From Carpediemonas membranifera BICM (lineage: Eukaryota; Protista; Fornicata), in contig JAHDYR010000038.1 of assembly GCA_019828565.1 (NCBI GenBank), positions 512,735 to 576,734 on the forward strand: DNA of 64,000 nt. Reading direction: 5' to 3'. Positions 24,355-36,836 of this stretch are shown here, in pieces; position 1 is the stretch's first letter, and each line of letters opens with the position of its first letter. Made by a program: the position numbers and the translations under genes. The notes under the pieces are model-generated. The model saw only the letters and a program-made list of their open reading frames with translations, was not told where the DNA came from and did no database searches.

Positions 24355-27300
24355 TGAGAGCCAGTGCAGTTTATGTAAACAGATCTACCTGCGCAAGCCA
24401 ACAATGGCACAATATCGATATTCTGCTTCTACAGAATCACACAGTGGTCTATCCGTGATAGACGTCTCTTCCCTCACAACGGGGTACGAGATCTGGTTAC
24501 GGGAAGTCGGTAACGTCAAAAGACCCCGTTCTTTCCCCCACGCATTCACGGCAAAGACCCTCGAGCTTCTACAAGCCACATGGCGGCCCACCTCCACGTT
24601 CCCGACCTTCGAGTCGTTCTGGGACTCCCTTATCCCTGACGTGGTCTCGCAGGCACAACACGCCAAGCAAGAACCTGACAGACACGCCACGTCGTGCCGC
24701 GCAAGATACCGCGCGATCATCGACGCTCTGCAGGACGATCTCTTCTTGCTCTGTGCTGCAGCCGCCAACACCTATAAGGACAGCCCGCTTCTCGACCCGG
24801 CGATGCGCCGGATGCAGGCTGTTTACGACCGCGCCGAGGCCGAGCTGAACGATAAGCTCGCCAGCCTCTGCACGGCCAGCCACGACCGCCACGAGGCGGA
24901 CCCGGATGCGACCCTCACCTTCGCGACGCTAACGAACCCCCTGGACGACAAACCGGCCCGATCGGCCGCGGATGTCGCGAGAATCGTCAACTCTCTCCCG
25001 TCAGCGGCAACGGCCGCCCCCTCCGCCCCCGTGTCCGTGCGTGACCAGCTTCGCGCCGAGGCCAGGACCATCCTGCCTCACCTGTACCTTACCCTGATGC
25101 CAACACTCGACCGCGGTGCACGCCTCAAGGCCATCACAAGCAAGGGCACCCAACTGTACGGCCAGAACGCGGCCCACCGCCTTAACACTCTGCGCCTGCA
25201 GAAGGCGTGCGACGGGTACAACCCCGTCGTCGAGGCCGATGGCTACCATAAGATCCCCGACAGCGCCCTCCGCGCTGCGGTCCGGTCTGTCGCCCTCAAG
25301 GGATACGACGACGACGCGATCCCGCTATACGAGGCGCTGATCGAGCGGGATTCGGACGGCAACTGGCGTCCCGCCCGCGACTGCATAGACGCCCTCTCGA
25401 CCCTCGAGACCGACCATCTCGGCCAGATCGTCGTCCCCTGGCAGGCCTATGCCGTGTCGACCAAGACGAAGCCGATCCCGGCCGACAACAAGGCACCGCA
25501 TGATAACAGTCAGTGCTCGAACAAGGACACCTCTGCTCGCGAGGGCCAGCCGCTGAAGCCGAAGGCCCACAAGGTCGAAGGCCAGGACCCGTTCAAGCAG
25601 TTTAAGGACAAGGAGCATTTCTACATCCCGAAGTCTTTCAATCGCTGGTGTGACAGGCATGGCTGGAACTCAAAGCATACAACCAAGGACTGCGGAGCGA
25701 ACCAACGCGATGGCGCCGTCGGCGAGGTCCAAACGACCTCCATTCCCATACAGACAACCGTAACGGTCGCCGGAACCGTCCAACTTCCAGCCAAGCTCGA
25801 CACTGGCGCAGATGTCTGCGTCATATCCGAGCACCTCGCCCCAAAGATACCAGGAAACATCCAATGGCGCGAGTCGGACCTCCGCCTGTTCGCCGCGGAC
25901 GACCGCGTTATCTCCGCGGGCAAGATCGCCACCATGTCCATCACACTCCCTGGCATGGATGGCAAAACCGTCACGCTCGACTGGGACGTCCACATGATCA
26001 CAGGCACCAGCGACAGGATGCTGATCGGCAAGGACCTCCTCAGGCACATCGGCTACGTCCTCAACGACCGCCTACTGATACTCCCGTCCGAGAAGCCGGA
26101 TGATAAGGACGATCTAGAAGAGCACAACATGATCGACGCCGACGTCTTCGAAGCGGCGTCAACCTCGGACTCGAAGCATTCGCTCGCCGTCACGATCCCG
26201 GACGACCACGGCACCGAGTTCGCCAACAAGGTCCGAAGCATCGTCGAGGAGTTCGATGAGGTGTTCGACCCGGCTCTCCCGCCCGAAGGCAGCAAACTAC
26301 AGCCTCACAAGATCGAACTCACACGCGATTTTCACCTCAAGTGCCGTCCTCGACAGCTTGTCGGAGAGGCTGGCTCAGCCGCCCTCTCCGAGATCGAGAA
26401 GATGAAGAAGCTCGGCATCATACGAGACAGCCAGTCCGAGCACGCCAGCCGCCACACGATGGCAACCAAGAAGAACGGCGAACCCCGCTTCTGCGTCGCA
26501 TTCAACGATCTTAACGACGCCACGAAGGACGACGCCTTTCCCCTCCCCGATCTGAGGGACCTGCCCCACGAAGCCGGCGGATGCTCTTACTTTGCATCAC
26601 TCGATCTCCGGTCCGGATACTGGCAGCAGCTGATGGAGCCGGCCAGCATCCCCCTTACCTCGTTCGTAGTCCCCGGGCACCAATTCGAGTTCCTCAGGGT
26701 CCCGTTTGGACTTAAGAACGCCCCTCCAAGTTTCAACGAGCGATGGAGGCCGTGCTAGATGGCATCCCCGGCCACCGGGTCTACGTGGATGACATATTCC
26801 TCTACGCACGGACCGAAGAAGGATTCCTCAACACCCTGAGACTCACCCTCCAGAGAGCCAAGGACAACCGCCTGCGCCTCCGTGCGGACAAATGTACCAT
26901 CGGCGCCGCCGAAGTGGAGGTCTGCGGATTCATCATCAACAGCTCCGGCCGCTCGGTGAGCCCAGGCCGCGTCGCCGCGCTGAAGGAGCTGCCCGCCCCC
27001 ACCACCGTCACAGAGCTCAGACGCACGATGGGCAAGTTTAACCACCTCGCAAACTACCTCCCGCAACTCAGCTCAGCCACAGCCCCCCTCAACGCCCTCC
27101 TCAAGGGGTCACCCAAGAAGCTAGACAAGCTCCCTTGGACTGAGGAACACGACAAGGCATTCGCGGCTCTGAAGGAGCTGTGCACCGACAACAAGGCATT
27201 GGCACTACCCAACCTGACCTGCAAGTGGACACTTGAGACAGACGCGTCCACAATCGCAGCCGGCGGAGTGCTGTGGCAACACGAGGGCGACACGAAGAAA

Positions 27301-29035
27301 CCCCTCGCGTACTTCTCAAAGACGTTCACAGAGACCCAACGCCGCTGGGCGACGGTCGAGCAAGAGCTCTACGCAGTCATATACTGCATCACCCGGCCAG
27401 AGTTTAGCCAGATTCTCAAGCTGAAGCCATTCACCGTACTCACAGATCACAAGAACATCGTGTGGATGATTCGCAAGGCTGAGGAAGGGACGCGCAAGCT
27501 CACGCGATGGAGACTCATCCTATCCGAGTACCCCTTCGACATCATGCATATCGCAGGGACAAATAACGTCGTCGCGGACGCCCTCTCCCGCCCCAGCGGC
27601 GCGGCGATCAGCGAAATCGCCAGCAGCACCCACCGCTTCGACATTCAGCAGGCCCACGCTGGAGCCAACGGCCATGCTTCGATCAAACAAACGATCGCCC
27701 ATCTCAAGGAAGCCGGCAAGACCTGGTCTTCCATGAACTCAGACGTCGCGGAGCACGTCGCGACTTGCCCAGTCTGCCAGAAGCTCAAATCCCACCCCAT
27801 CGCCAAGGCCCAGTGGCATACGACCCAGAAGACCCGCCCATTCGAGGCGGTGCAGATAGACACGCTCGGCCCGCTTCCAAAGACGAATGGCCTCGCTCAC
27901 GTGATCGTGTTCATCGACGTCTTCAGCAAGTTCACTGTGCTCAAGCCGGTTGCGTCAACCTCGGCAGAAGAAGCCGCCGACGCGATGCTCCAGGTGTGGT
28001 CGCTCTTCGGCGCACCCAGCCTGATCCAGACAGACCAGGGAAGTCAGTTCAAGAACTCAACCATCGCCGCTCTCAACAAGAAGATCAGCCTGAACCACAG
28101 GTTCTCCACGGCGTACCACCCACAGAGTAACGGCGTTGTCGAGAGAGTCAATGGGACCATCATGCGCAGACTGCGCGCCCTGCTACTAGACTCAGAAACG
28201 ACCGACTGGCCCGCACTTATCCCAATCGTGCAACACATTATCAACACTTCGACACACTCGACTACCGGCTTCACGCCGTTCGAGCTGCTTTTCGGACACA
28301 CGTCCGCGCTCACGGCCCTCCCGGAGTCACGCATCATCAGCGCCGCCAAGGCGACGCAAGACACACCTACCATCCAGGCCATTAACGCATTCCACACCGA
28401 CATACAGGCCATGCACGACGCAGCCCGCGCGAAGATCGCCGCATACGAGCGTCACAAGGCCGCACAAACCCAACCGGCGGACAACTTCGACTGGAAACTC
28501 GAACGCCTAGTGCTCCTGAGATATCCTCACAAGGCCCCATCCAAGATTCTGCCTCCAGTCCGCGGCCCGCTACAACTCCTCAGGGAAGGGAAGAGCCCCA
28601 ACACATTCGTCCTCCGTGACCTCGTCACCAAGTCCGAGCTGCTCGTCCACCAGGACCGCCTCATTCGCTTCGACCCAGGCACAGCAGACCTCAAGACACT
28701 CGAGCGCATCGCCGCATACGAACAAGACGAACAACAAGTCTCCGCCATCGTCGGCCACCGCGAGCGCAACCGACGCCTCGAGCTCCTCGTCCACTGGGAA
28801 GGCCTAGAAGACTCCGAGGACTCGTACATTCCGTATAACGCATATTACGACCGCCTCGCCGCCCTGGATGACTACCTACGCCTCAACCCAGGTCTCACGC
28901 CCCTCTTCGCACGTTACAAGCGGAAGTTCCGGGGCAATGGCCGCCGTTAGCTGGCTAGCTTCGCCTTGAGGAGGGAAGTGAGAGCCAGTGCAGTTTATGT
29001 AAACAGATCTACCTGCGCAAGCCAACAATGGCACA
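24355..29035 (+). mobile_element. Element C: Ty3/gypsy chromovirus-like LTR retrotransposon (4681 bp) inserted in B
   Basis: Identical 57-bp LTRs (24355-24411, 28979-29035); GAGG TSD; PPT GAGGAGGGAAG. Confidence 0.95.
24404..28950 (+). CDS. Element C gag-pol (one frameshift near 26740)
   Basis: Protease LDTGA; RT DLRSGYWQ and YVDD; RNase H LETDAS; integrase IDTLGP, TDQGSQF, HPQSNGVVER; chromodomain VSAIVGH...LVHWEG. Confidence 0.92.
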
Positions 29036-29039
29036 GAGG

Positions 29040-30317
29040 TCGTCGCCGTCGTCTGAATTGCCGTCTTCGTCGAAGAGCTCGTCGATGAACTCGTGGGGGA
29101 ACGGCGCAAACTCCGATGTATCCTCGGTGGTCGTCGTTGGAAGTGAGATGTGGATGCCTTGATCCGTCATCAGGCCGATGTGGCGAAGGACATCAGCTCC
29201 TAGGAGCATCTTGCTGGATTTTCCCGGGATGACGGGGATGATCCAAGAAAGCTGAACGGGATGTGGGATGATGTCAGCGATCGTAATAGTGGCTTCGATT
29301 GCTGTCTTATCCTCAATCAGGCGTTGATCTGCCGCTTTGAGCTGTAAATCGTGCGTGGTGATCTTGATGTTGTCGTTTTGCTTCAGATCGTTGAATGTCT
29401 TGGCGGAAATGCACGTTCTTGCTGCAGCTGGATCTATCTTAGCTACTATCTCCGTGTTAGCGACCTTGATGGTGTGATAGATGGCTTTTCCCGAGGCGCG
29501 GTGATCTTCGACTTCGTCGATATCGGAGTCGAGTCGGATGACTCGTAGAGCTCGTTGACGTCGCTCTCGAGGCGGTTAGTGTGAGCGTTGCGCTTCCAGG
29601 CCTTCCTGGGGCCTGAGTTCTGGGGGTCAGCTTGGCGGGACTGATGGGTATGGCCCGAGGGCTGTGGCGGCGGATTGGGCCTTGTCTGGCCGCTCTGGCG
29701 CGGCTGTTGTCGTTGGCCTTGCTGTTGAGCCGGGCGCTGTTGGCCTTGCTGAGGGGTAAGACGTTGCTGGCCGGAAGGGCGGTCTGAGCTGTGGCTCAAG
29801 GCCTTGCACTGGGCCGAGGTGTGTGACGTGTTGTAGCCGTGGTAGTCGCAGTACTTCCTCAGGCTTCGGGGGATGAAGTACTTCGACTTATCCTTGAACT
29901 GGACATATGGGTCATCGCCGCTGACCTTCCTTGCCTGCGGCTTTCTGCCTGCTGTCGTGGCGCAGTTGGGCTGGCTCTTGGCTGGCGGTTGGACCTTTTT
30001 CGGCGAATGCGCGCCAGGGCGTGATGATCATTCCGTCGTGGTCTTCGTCGAGTTCTGCGAGAGCGTCTAGAACGCTGTCGACGGTGCCATCGGCTTCTAT
30101 CTCGGCCTTATAGATGGCCTTAGCCTCCTTCGTGTAGCCAATGAGCGCTAGTTCCCTGATCTTCGCGATCAGCGCGGCTTCGTGGAGCTGTTCGTAGTTC
30201 GGGGCCTCGATGGCGGGATTGATTTCATCGACGGCCTCTCGAAGGCGTTGGATGGCCACTCGATGTGTTGCGGCCTTTCCATAAAGCTCGTTCGAAATAT
30301 TGAGGGAGATGAGGCGG
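29040..30317 (-). CDS. Element B gag C-terminal part and protease
   Basis: Homologous to the C gag (ELYGKAATHRVAIQRL vs QLYGQNAAHRLNTLRL); knuckle CDYHGYNTSHTSAQC; protease region AKIDPAA...MLLGADVL. Confidence 0.8.
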
Positions 30318-30460
30318 TGTTGTGGGTCCTACCCAAAGTTACACAGATTTACGTTATATTTAATAGTCAAGGAGTTTCTCCTCGACACCCTTGTGTCGAG
30401 TCTTCTCCTCAGTAAAAGTTCAACACCCATTGAACCACAGTACTAGTACTACCAAAACAT

Positions 30461-33400
30461 ATGGGTACGGAAACTTACAGAAGCCTGAAGAAGAATCCGC
30501 CTCTCCTGAAGAAGTCCTCCATGGACGCTCTTTTGGACTTTGCGGATAACCTCCACGATCATCGCGCCTTAGGCGGCCGCGATGATGTTATTGACCTCAT
30601 CGAGCCTAGCATAGCAGAGCTAGCAGGCCTTAACGACGACGAAGAGGTTGAAGACACTCCTCTCCTGCTCTCCGCGAAGCTCCGTAAGAAACGTCGTGTC
30701 GCAGCCCAAGATGAACGAGTCCTCAAGCGCCTCGGTGCTGCCCTTCGACCTTCTCGCCCGAGCATGCGTCTACAGCTCTTCCGAGTCCCCGCCAAGTCCT
30801 TCGAGCCTGATGAGGTTGCTCGAGTGAACCGCCGATTCAATCTGCTCTTGAAGCTCGTTCAACCCGAAGATCCCGAGGACGTCTTGAAGGAGACGTACAG
30901 CCGCTGCTTCAAGTTCCCCAACAACAGTCGCATCATGTATCGAGTCAGAGAATCAACGGAGCGCAAGGATCTCAAGGACGCAATGGCTGATGTCCTCGTC
31001 ATGTCACGCGACCTCAAGGAGTCCAAGGAGATGATCGCTTCCTTCGGCGCTGCGGGGGTCTCCGACTCACAGCGTACCAACACCACGCCCTCCCATACAC
31101 GGCACACGGGGAGCGGTCCGAAGAACCCTCATCGACGCGAGCCTGACCGCACGAACGTAGCCCCCTCAAAAGGCAAGCCGATCGACAAGCCCAAGCACGA
31201 GAAGAAGCCATTCGTGTGCTTCAACTGCGGTAAGGTCGGTCACTCCGCTCGCCGATGCCCTGCTCCGAAGACAACCTGTTCCAAGTGCCAGAAGCCGGGC
31301 CACCGAGCTGAATTCTGCCGTTCTGAGGTAAATTCAGCTCGTTGTGTGTTTTCTCTCGGTTCCCGTCAGAGTGTCCTTCCCACCGTCAAGGCTAGCATTC
31401 TTAAGCAAGTCGTGTCCGTCCTGTTCGACTCGGGCGCTGACTGCGCAACCATTGACCCCAAGCTCTGCTACGGCAAGGCAGTGAAGTGGATCTCACACGA
31501 GAAGACACTTATCGAGACAGTGGGCGGCGTCAGAGAGGCCGAGGGTCAGGTATCCTTCCGCCTCGTCTTAGCGCCCTCGCCATTCACTCCGCGCGGATGC
31601 TCTATCACTATTAAGGCCTACGTCCTGTCGACCGCTTTCGATGTATGCCTGGGTTACCCTCAGATGGTGGAGATCGGCCTTCTCCCTTCGTTGTCTGAGC
31701 CTACCAGCGAGCTCGCAGCCAGCGACGAACCACCTACATTCGAGAAGTACGTCGCGCAAGCCAGAGCCATGTCCTCTTCCTTTTCTCAGAGGCAGGCCGA
31801 CATCCTCAAGCGTTACGCCCGGACATTCGTGGACCGTACCGAGCCAAGCCGGCTCGAACCGTATGATTTGGTCCTCAAGGGCGACAGAGTCGTACACATT
31901 CGGCCGTACTATGTTCCCCCGCCGAAAGTCCCGATCATTCAAGAGCACATTAATACGCTCCTGGCAAAGCGCTACATCGAGGCATGCCAGTCTCAATACG
32001 CGAGCCCTACCATCATAGTTCCAAAGAAGGGGGGAAAGACGCGTTTTGTCGTCGACTTCCGCGAGATCAATCAACTAACGGAACCATTCGACTACCCCAT
32101 CCCTCGCATAGACGAAGTTCTCACTCAACTGTCCGGAAAGTCTGTGTTCGCTACCCTAGACTTGTCAGCAGGATACCATCAGATCCCTCTTACTGAACGG
32201 TGCCGTCACCTAACCGCCTTCCGTACTGTTTTTGGTCAATACCAATATACACGGATGCCCTTCGGCTTACGTAACGCCGGAGCGTACTTCCAGAGGGCGA
32301 TGGAAGACGGGTTCAAGGGTCTGGTGGGCTCCGCCTGTGTCATATACATTGATGACATCATCGTCATGGGTGCGGATGAGGACGAGTACCTGGGAAACCT
32401 CGAAAAAGTCATGCAACGCGTTGACAAGCTTAACCTTCAGCTCGGCCGAGATAAGTGCCAGTTCGGTCGGCAAGAGGTCGAGTTCCTCGGGTGGATCATA
32501 TCCCAAGGCAGCGTGAAGATCTCACCCCAGCGGACCGAAGATATCGCGAACCTCAAGCTGTCTTCATCCACGAAGGGCATGCAGGGTCTCAACGGATTCC
32601 TCAACTATTTCCGCGATTACATACCCAACTTCGCGGTCCGAGCTAAGCCTCTGCTAGACGCCATGTCCGGTCGGCAGACCCCCTCGAGACGTTCTTCAGA
32701 AGTCGCTGGACGATCTGAAACAAGCTTTATGTTCGGCCGACGCTCTAGCCATGTTCGACGCGACTAAGCCTCACACCGTCATGACTGACGCATCCGATGT
32801 CGGGTACGGAGCAGTCTTACTCCAAGAGGGCCGACCAGTTTGCTATATGTCGCGTGCGTTCAACGACGTCCAGTCACGCTGGTGTACCGGTGAGAAAGAA
32901 GCCTACGCTATCGTGGCAGCGTTACAACGATGGCGCAAGTTCCTGTGCTGGGAGAGCTTTACTATTCTCACGGATCACCGGAACCTACTCTATATGTACC
33001 GGTCCACCAACGCCAAGGTCCGCCGGTGGGCTGATTCGATCGCCGATTTAGATTTCACCCTACAGCACATCGCCGGTCTGGACAACGGTGGAGCCGACGG
33101 TCTCTCGAGAGTATTCTCCATGCAACAGGCGTCGAGGGATCAGGTATCCCGCGCTCATCTCACAGCAGGAGCTCATCTGTCTCGCCGGATGACAACCGAG
33201 CAACTTAGGGCCGACGGTTTGTCTGTCTCCCGTCAAGTCGTAGACGACGTGATTACCGCGTGTCCAGAGTGCCAAGTCTTGGCCCGCCCTCCTGTTGATA
33301 CACCCGACGGCCTGCATACAGCTGTAGACCTCCCGTTCCGGCGTGTGGCCATTGACACCATGGGTCCGCTACCGACGGTCAACGGCCTGTCCTACGTGAC

Positions 33401-34397
33401 AGTAATGATCGACATGTGCTCCCGCTGGACAGAGCTAGTCCCGGTCAACAGCACCTCAGCCAAAGACGCAGCCAACGCATTGGTCAACACCTGGATTCTA
33501 CGATACGGATGCCCCGAAGTCGTCCAATCGGATGGGGGCTCAGAGTTCAAAAACGCTCTGTTCAAACGCCTCTCCGAAGAGATGGGGTTCGACGTCCACA
33601 TAACGACAGCATACCATCCCCAGAGCAACGGTGTCGTCGAACGCGCGAACAAGGAGGTCGAACGCATCCTCAGAGCCAGGAAGCTGGAGTTAAGGAATAA
33701 CGATTGGGTAGCACACCTACCAGTCGCCCAATTCTTGGTCAACTCAATGCCCAGGATCCCGACCCGGTTGACTCCGGCCGAGATCATGTTTGGCGCCAAT
33801 TTATCAATACCGTCATCGATCTATATCACGGATGCCGCCTCGGCTGGTCCGCCACAGTCGAAGCTAGCCGCAGCCGATGCCGCCATCCAACTCGCCAAAG
33901 CAAGGATTAGAGCCATGCGCGAAGACGCTCTCGCAAAGGCAACCTCATCGAGAAGCGAGATATTGAGCCGTTTCGTGCTGGTCAAATACTACCCAAGACC
34001 ACCGAGCAAGCTAGCCCCGGGCTGGCGCGGCCCCATGAGGCGTGTCGCAGCCGTCAAACGTGATGGTGTTGTCGTCGCATATGAGGTACAAGACCTCAGT
34101 CAGTCAGCGGACGGTCCAACTATCAAGGTAGACGCGGCACGTGTGCGAAGATTTGACCCAGGCAAGCTCTCGGAGCAACAGATCTATGACCTCGCAGCCG
34201 CTTCCGTCGATGAGTGGCATGTCGAGCGCATCTCACGCTCTAGAGGCTCGGGCCCCAAGTCAAGGCGCGAGTACCTCGTACACTGGGTCGGATTCGAGGA
34301 TTCAGAGGCTTCATTCGAACCTTATTCGCACGTCAAAGATTTGGAAGCCCTCGATACATATTTGAAGTCTGACCAAGCCAAGCGTGACGGTCTGTAA
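30461..34397 (+). CDS. Element D gag-pol (frameshift near 32690-32750)
   Basis: Two CCHC knuckles; LFDSGA; DLSAGYHQ and YIDD; MTDAS; IDTMGP, SDGGSEF; chromodomain EWHVERI...YLVHWVGF. Confidence 0.92.
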
Positions 34398-34439
34398 AAC
34401 TTCTCAACATCGAAGCTGTATCCTCGAGGAACAAACGAT

Positions 34440-35276
34440 TTATTCAGAGCTAGATTCCTCGTCTTCCGTCTCCTCCGTGTCCGTCAGCTCGACCAACCAA
34501 GTCGGGTCAGCGTGGCGCTCAAGGGCGTTCTCAGCCAAGTACTCTCGCACACACCGGACAAGGCAGAGATCAGCGTTGAGGGACACGATGCTGAGTCCCG
34601 AGTATCCGTCATACTGCAGGATCAACACAAAAGACCCGGGACCACAAGTCGTCTTCAGATACTCGTGACGGACTACGCACGTGACAGTGTAGTAGCGGTC
34701 CGGATCAGAGACCTGAAGCGGCTCCCAGTGAGCCTCATCGCCAATGGCGGGCAGGTAGCCGTCGTGGCACAAGCGGCTGACCAGGGTTGCCCAGAAGTCG
34801 TTGGGAGCCGGGATGCGCCGGCTGATGCCGTAGACAGCGACACGGAAGTAGTCCGGTGCGAGGACGAGGACCAACAGGCGGTTAAGATATCCGCGCGCTG
34901 TAGTGTCCGACTTGACCCCGCCGGCAGTCCGCACAGCCGCCACGAGAGCTGCAGAGTAGTGACCATTACCGGGTGAAGATCCACCCAGCGTGATGTCGCG
35001 GCCCCGGATCGCGGCCGACACGATGTCGCCATCGGACAAGCGCTTCCTGCCGAGCTTGAGGTGGGCCCTCACACCGGCAAGCGCGACCTGGCAATGAGCC
35101 ACGAGAGCCAAGACCTGCTGGGTCAGCTTCACGTCCTGCACTACGGCTGCGTCGTTCAGACGACCTTGCTCAATAGCGTCAAAGATTCGCTGGAGCGGCA
35201 GCTCGATGGAGTTGGTGTAACCTTCCAGGCGTCGGGCAACCTCGGCCTTGATGTCGTGGGGCATCAGAGTCGTCAT
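34440..35276 (-). CDS. Element D antisense accessory ORF with a possible degenerate C-terminal chromodomain
   Basis: 278-aa ORF between pol and the 3' LTR; C-terminus YYTVTCVVRH...LQYDGY...VREYL, then an acidic tail. Confidence 0.65.
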   Translation of the reverse strand: MTTLMPHDIKAEVARRLEGYTNSIELPLQRIFDAIEQGRLNDAAVVQDVKLTQQVLALVAHCQVALAGVRAHLKLGRKRLSDGDIVSAAIRGRDITLGGSSPGNGHYSAALVAAVRTAGGVKSDTTARGYLNRLLVLVLAPDYFRVAVYGISRRIPAPNDFWATLVSRLCHDGYLPAIGDEAHWEPLQVSDPDRYYTVTCVVRHEYLKTTCGPGSFVLILQYDGYSGLSIVSLNADLCLVRCVREYLAENALERHADPTWLVELTDTEETEDEESSSE

Positions 35277-35349
35277 CGTCAGGGTGCGAGTGATGCGTTC
35301 TGAGGCTTGCACGCGGTGACTATATAACCTCACGGTTGATGTTTGTTAC

Positions 35350-35523
35350 TTACAGATTGTCGGTGACCATGCGCTTGCGTCCACGATACTTCTGAGCGCG
35401 AAGGGAACGACAAACGGACGTATGGGCAACAATAAGTGGCCTAGCCAGATCGTCATCACCAAGTTCGGTGATTTTGGCACGAATTTCCTTCAGAACGGCC
35501 TCTACGGCTGTGTTGTCCGACAT
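35350..35523 (-). CDS. Element D small antisense ORF
   Basis: 57 aa; shares a VAHxxV...RA....GRKR motif with the 34440-35276 ORF. Confidence 0.45.
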   Translation of the reverse strand: MSDNTAVEAVLKEIRAKITELGDDDLARPLIVAHTSVCRSLRAQKYRGRKRMVTDNL

Positions 35524-36261
35524 CAAATGAGTTGACGGCGACATATCCTGCACATTTCTCGGAAACGGTCGAAGGAACAACTAACAAGGTCATCTTAGTC
35601 TTCAAGCATGCATTTATTGTCGGTAATAAGGCATTAGGAGCTTCCTAGTGCTCCTTCCGGTCAGTTTGATGTTGTTATTCAAGTACAGTTGGACGCAGAA
35701 AATTAGAAGCCTCAGAACTCCTCAACGGAGCCGAATTGGAGCTTCTAAGTACGTTTTTCGGCGTCTGTGTGATTATGAGCGATAAGGGCTCAGCATTGGC
35801 AGTGTTTGCTAGAGCAATCGTTCTTGGCCTTCGAATTACATGGAATGGCATATAACACGTATAAGGTTTGTGAAGACGGCCTAGGAAGGCCGTGGAGGGG
35901 CAGTGGTAAGCCTTTCCGTCACGTTTCACCATTTTTGAAACAGAGCTCACATAGCGGTACCGCAGTTAGATCATGATACCATCATTTTGATTTCGTTCAG
36001 CTAGATGCGAAAGCACTCAGGCCATGGGGTTGCCAGCCCTATGAGTCACCGTTGGCGGTCGGGTGGCACCGTCCAGGCCTTTGGTGAAATGCTGACGTCA
36101 AGTCTCTCTGTCATGCCTATACCAGGCATGGAGGGGCAGTGTTGTGGGTCCTACCCAAAGTTACACAGATTTACGTTATATTTAATAGTCAAGGAGTTTC
36201 TCCTCGACACCCTTGTGTCGAGTCTTCTCCTCAGTAAAAGTTCAACACCCATTGAACCACA

Positions 36262-36376
36262 GCGGGCGCCGGCATCGAGTGACGGAAGCAGAGTCATGAA
36301 AAGATGGGGGGCGATCGCGTCGGCCTCGTCCGCAAGCTGCTGTCGTATGTCGGGGGCGTCGTGGCCTGACTCCCAT
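36262..36376 (-). CDS. Element B gag internal fragment between insertions D and F
   Basis: WESGHDAPDIRQQLADEADAIAPHLFMTLLPSLDAGAR aligns with the C gag (VRDQLRAEARTILPHLYLTLMPTLDRGAR). Confidence 0.85.
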
Positions 36377-36423
36377 ACTGTAAGAATGGCTAGAGTCTCC
36401 CGGGAGATACCCTGGAGATACTC
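36377..36423 (+). repeat. Element F left TIR
   Basis: ACTGTAAGAATGGCTAGAGTCTCCCGGGAGATACCCTGGAGATACTC. Confidence 0.93.
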
Positions 36424-36836
36424 CAAAAAGTGCAAGAAAAAATGAGATTCACTAGAATCTGTTTCACATTTCACATATTTCACAAGAATATGTGAAATGA
36501 GAAGCAAAGCTAGTGAATGTCATTTTTACTTGTCCCTCATCGTCTGTATGGCATCTATAAACAAATCGCGTATCTCTTGCAGCAGAAACTCTGTGTCATT
36601 CACCCTTTTGTTGATTTCTTCTTCCTTTCGCAAGCCCTGAGCAGTTTTTCGGATTATTTTGTAAGAATCTTGTACTTTGGCAACTTCCACGAGCCCTGAC
36701 GTTACCGTTTCTACCTTTTGGTGGCTAGTTGCTCGAATCATGATCGACAAATGTCGCAGTTTTAGGTATTGTCAATGCCAGGAGTCTACGTAAATAGACA
36801 AATGTAACAACGTAAACAGCTTGGATAGAAATTCTC

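Larger units (their letters stand above)
30318..36261 (+). mobile_element. Element D: Ty3/gypsy chromovirus-like LTR retrotransposon (5944 bp) inserted in the B gag; carries extra antisense ORFs
   Basis: Identical 122-bp LTRs (30318-30439, 36140-36261); GCGG TSD; PPT GGAGGGGCAG. Confidence 0.95.
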
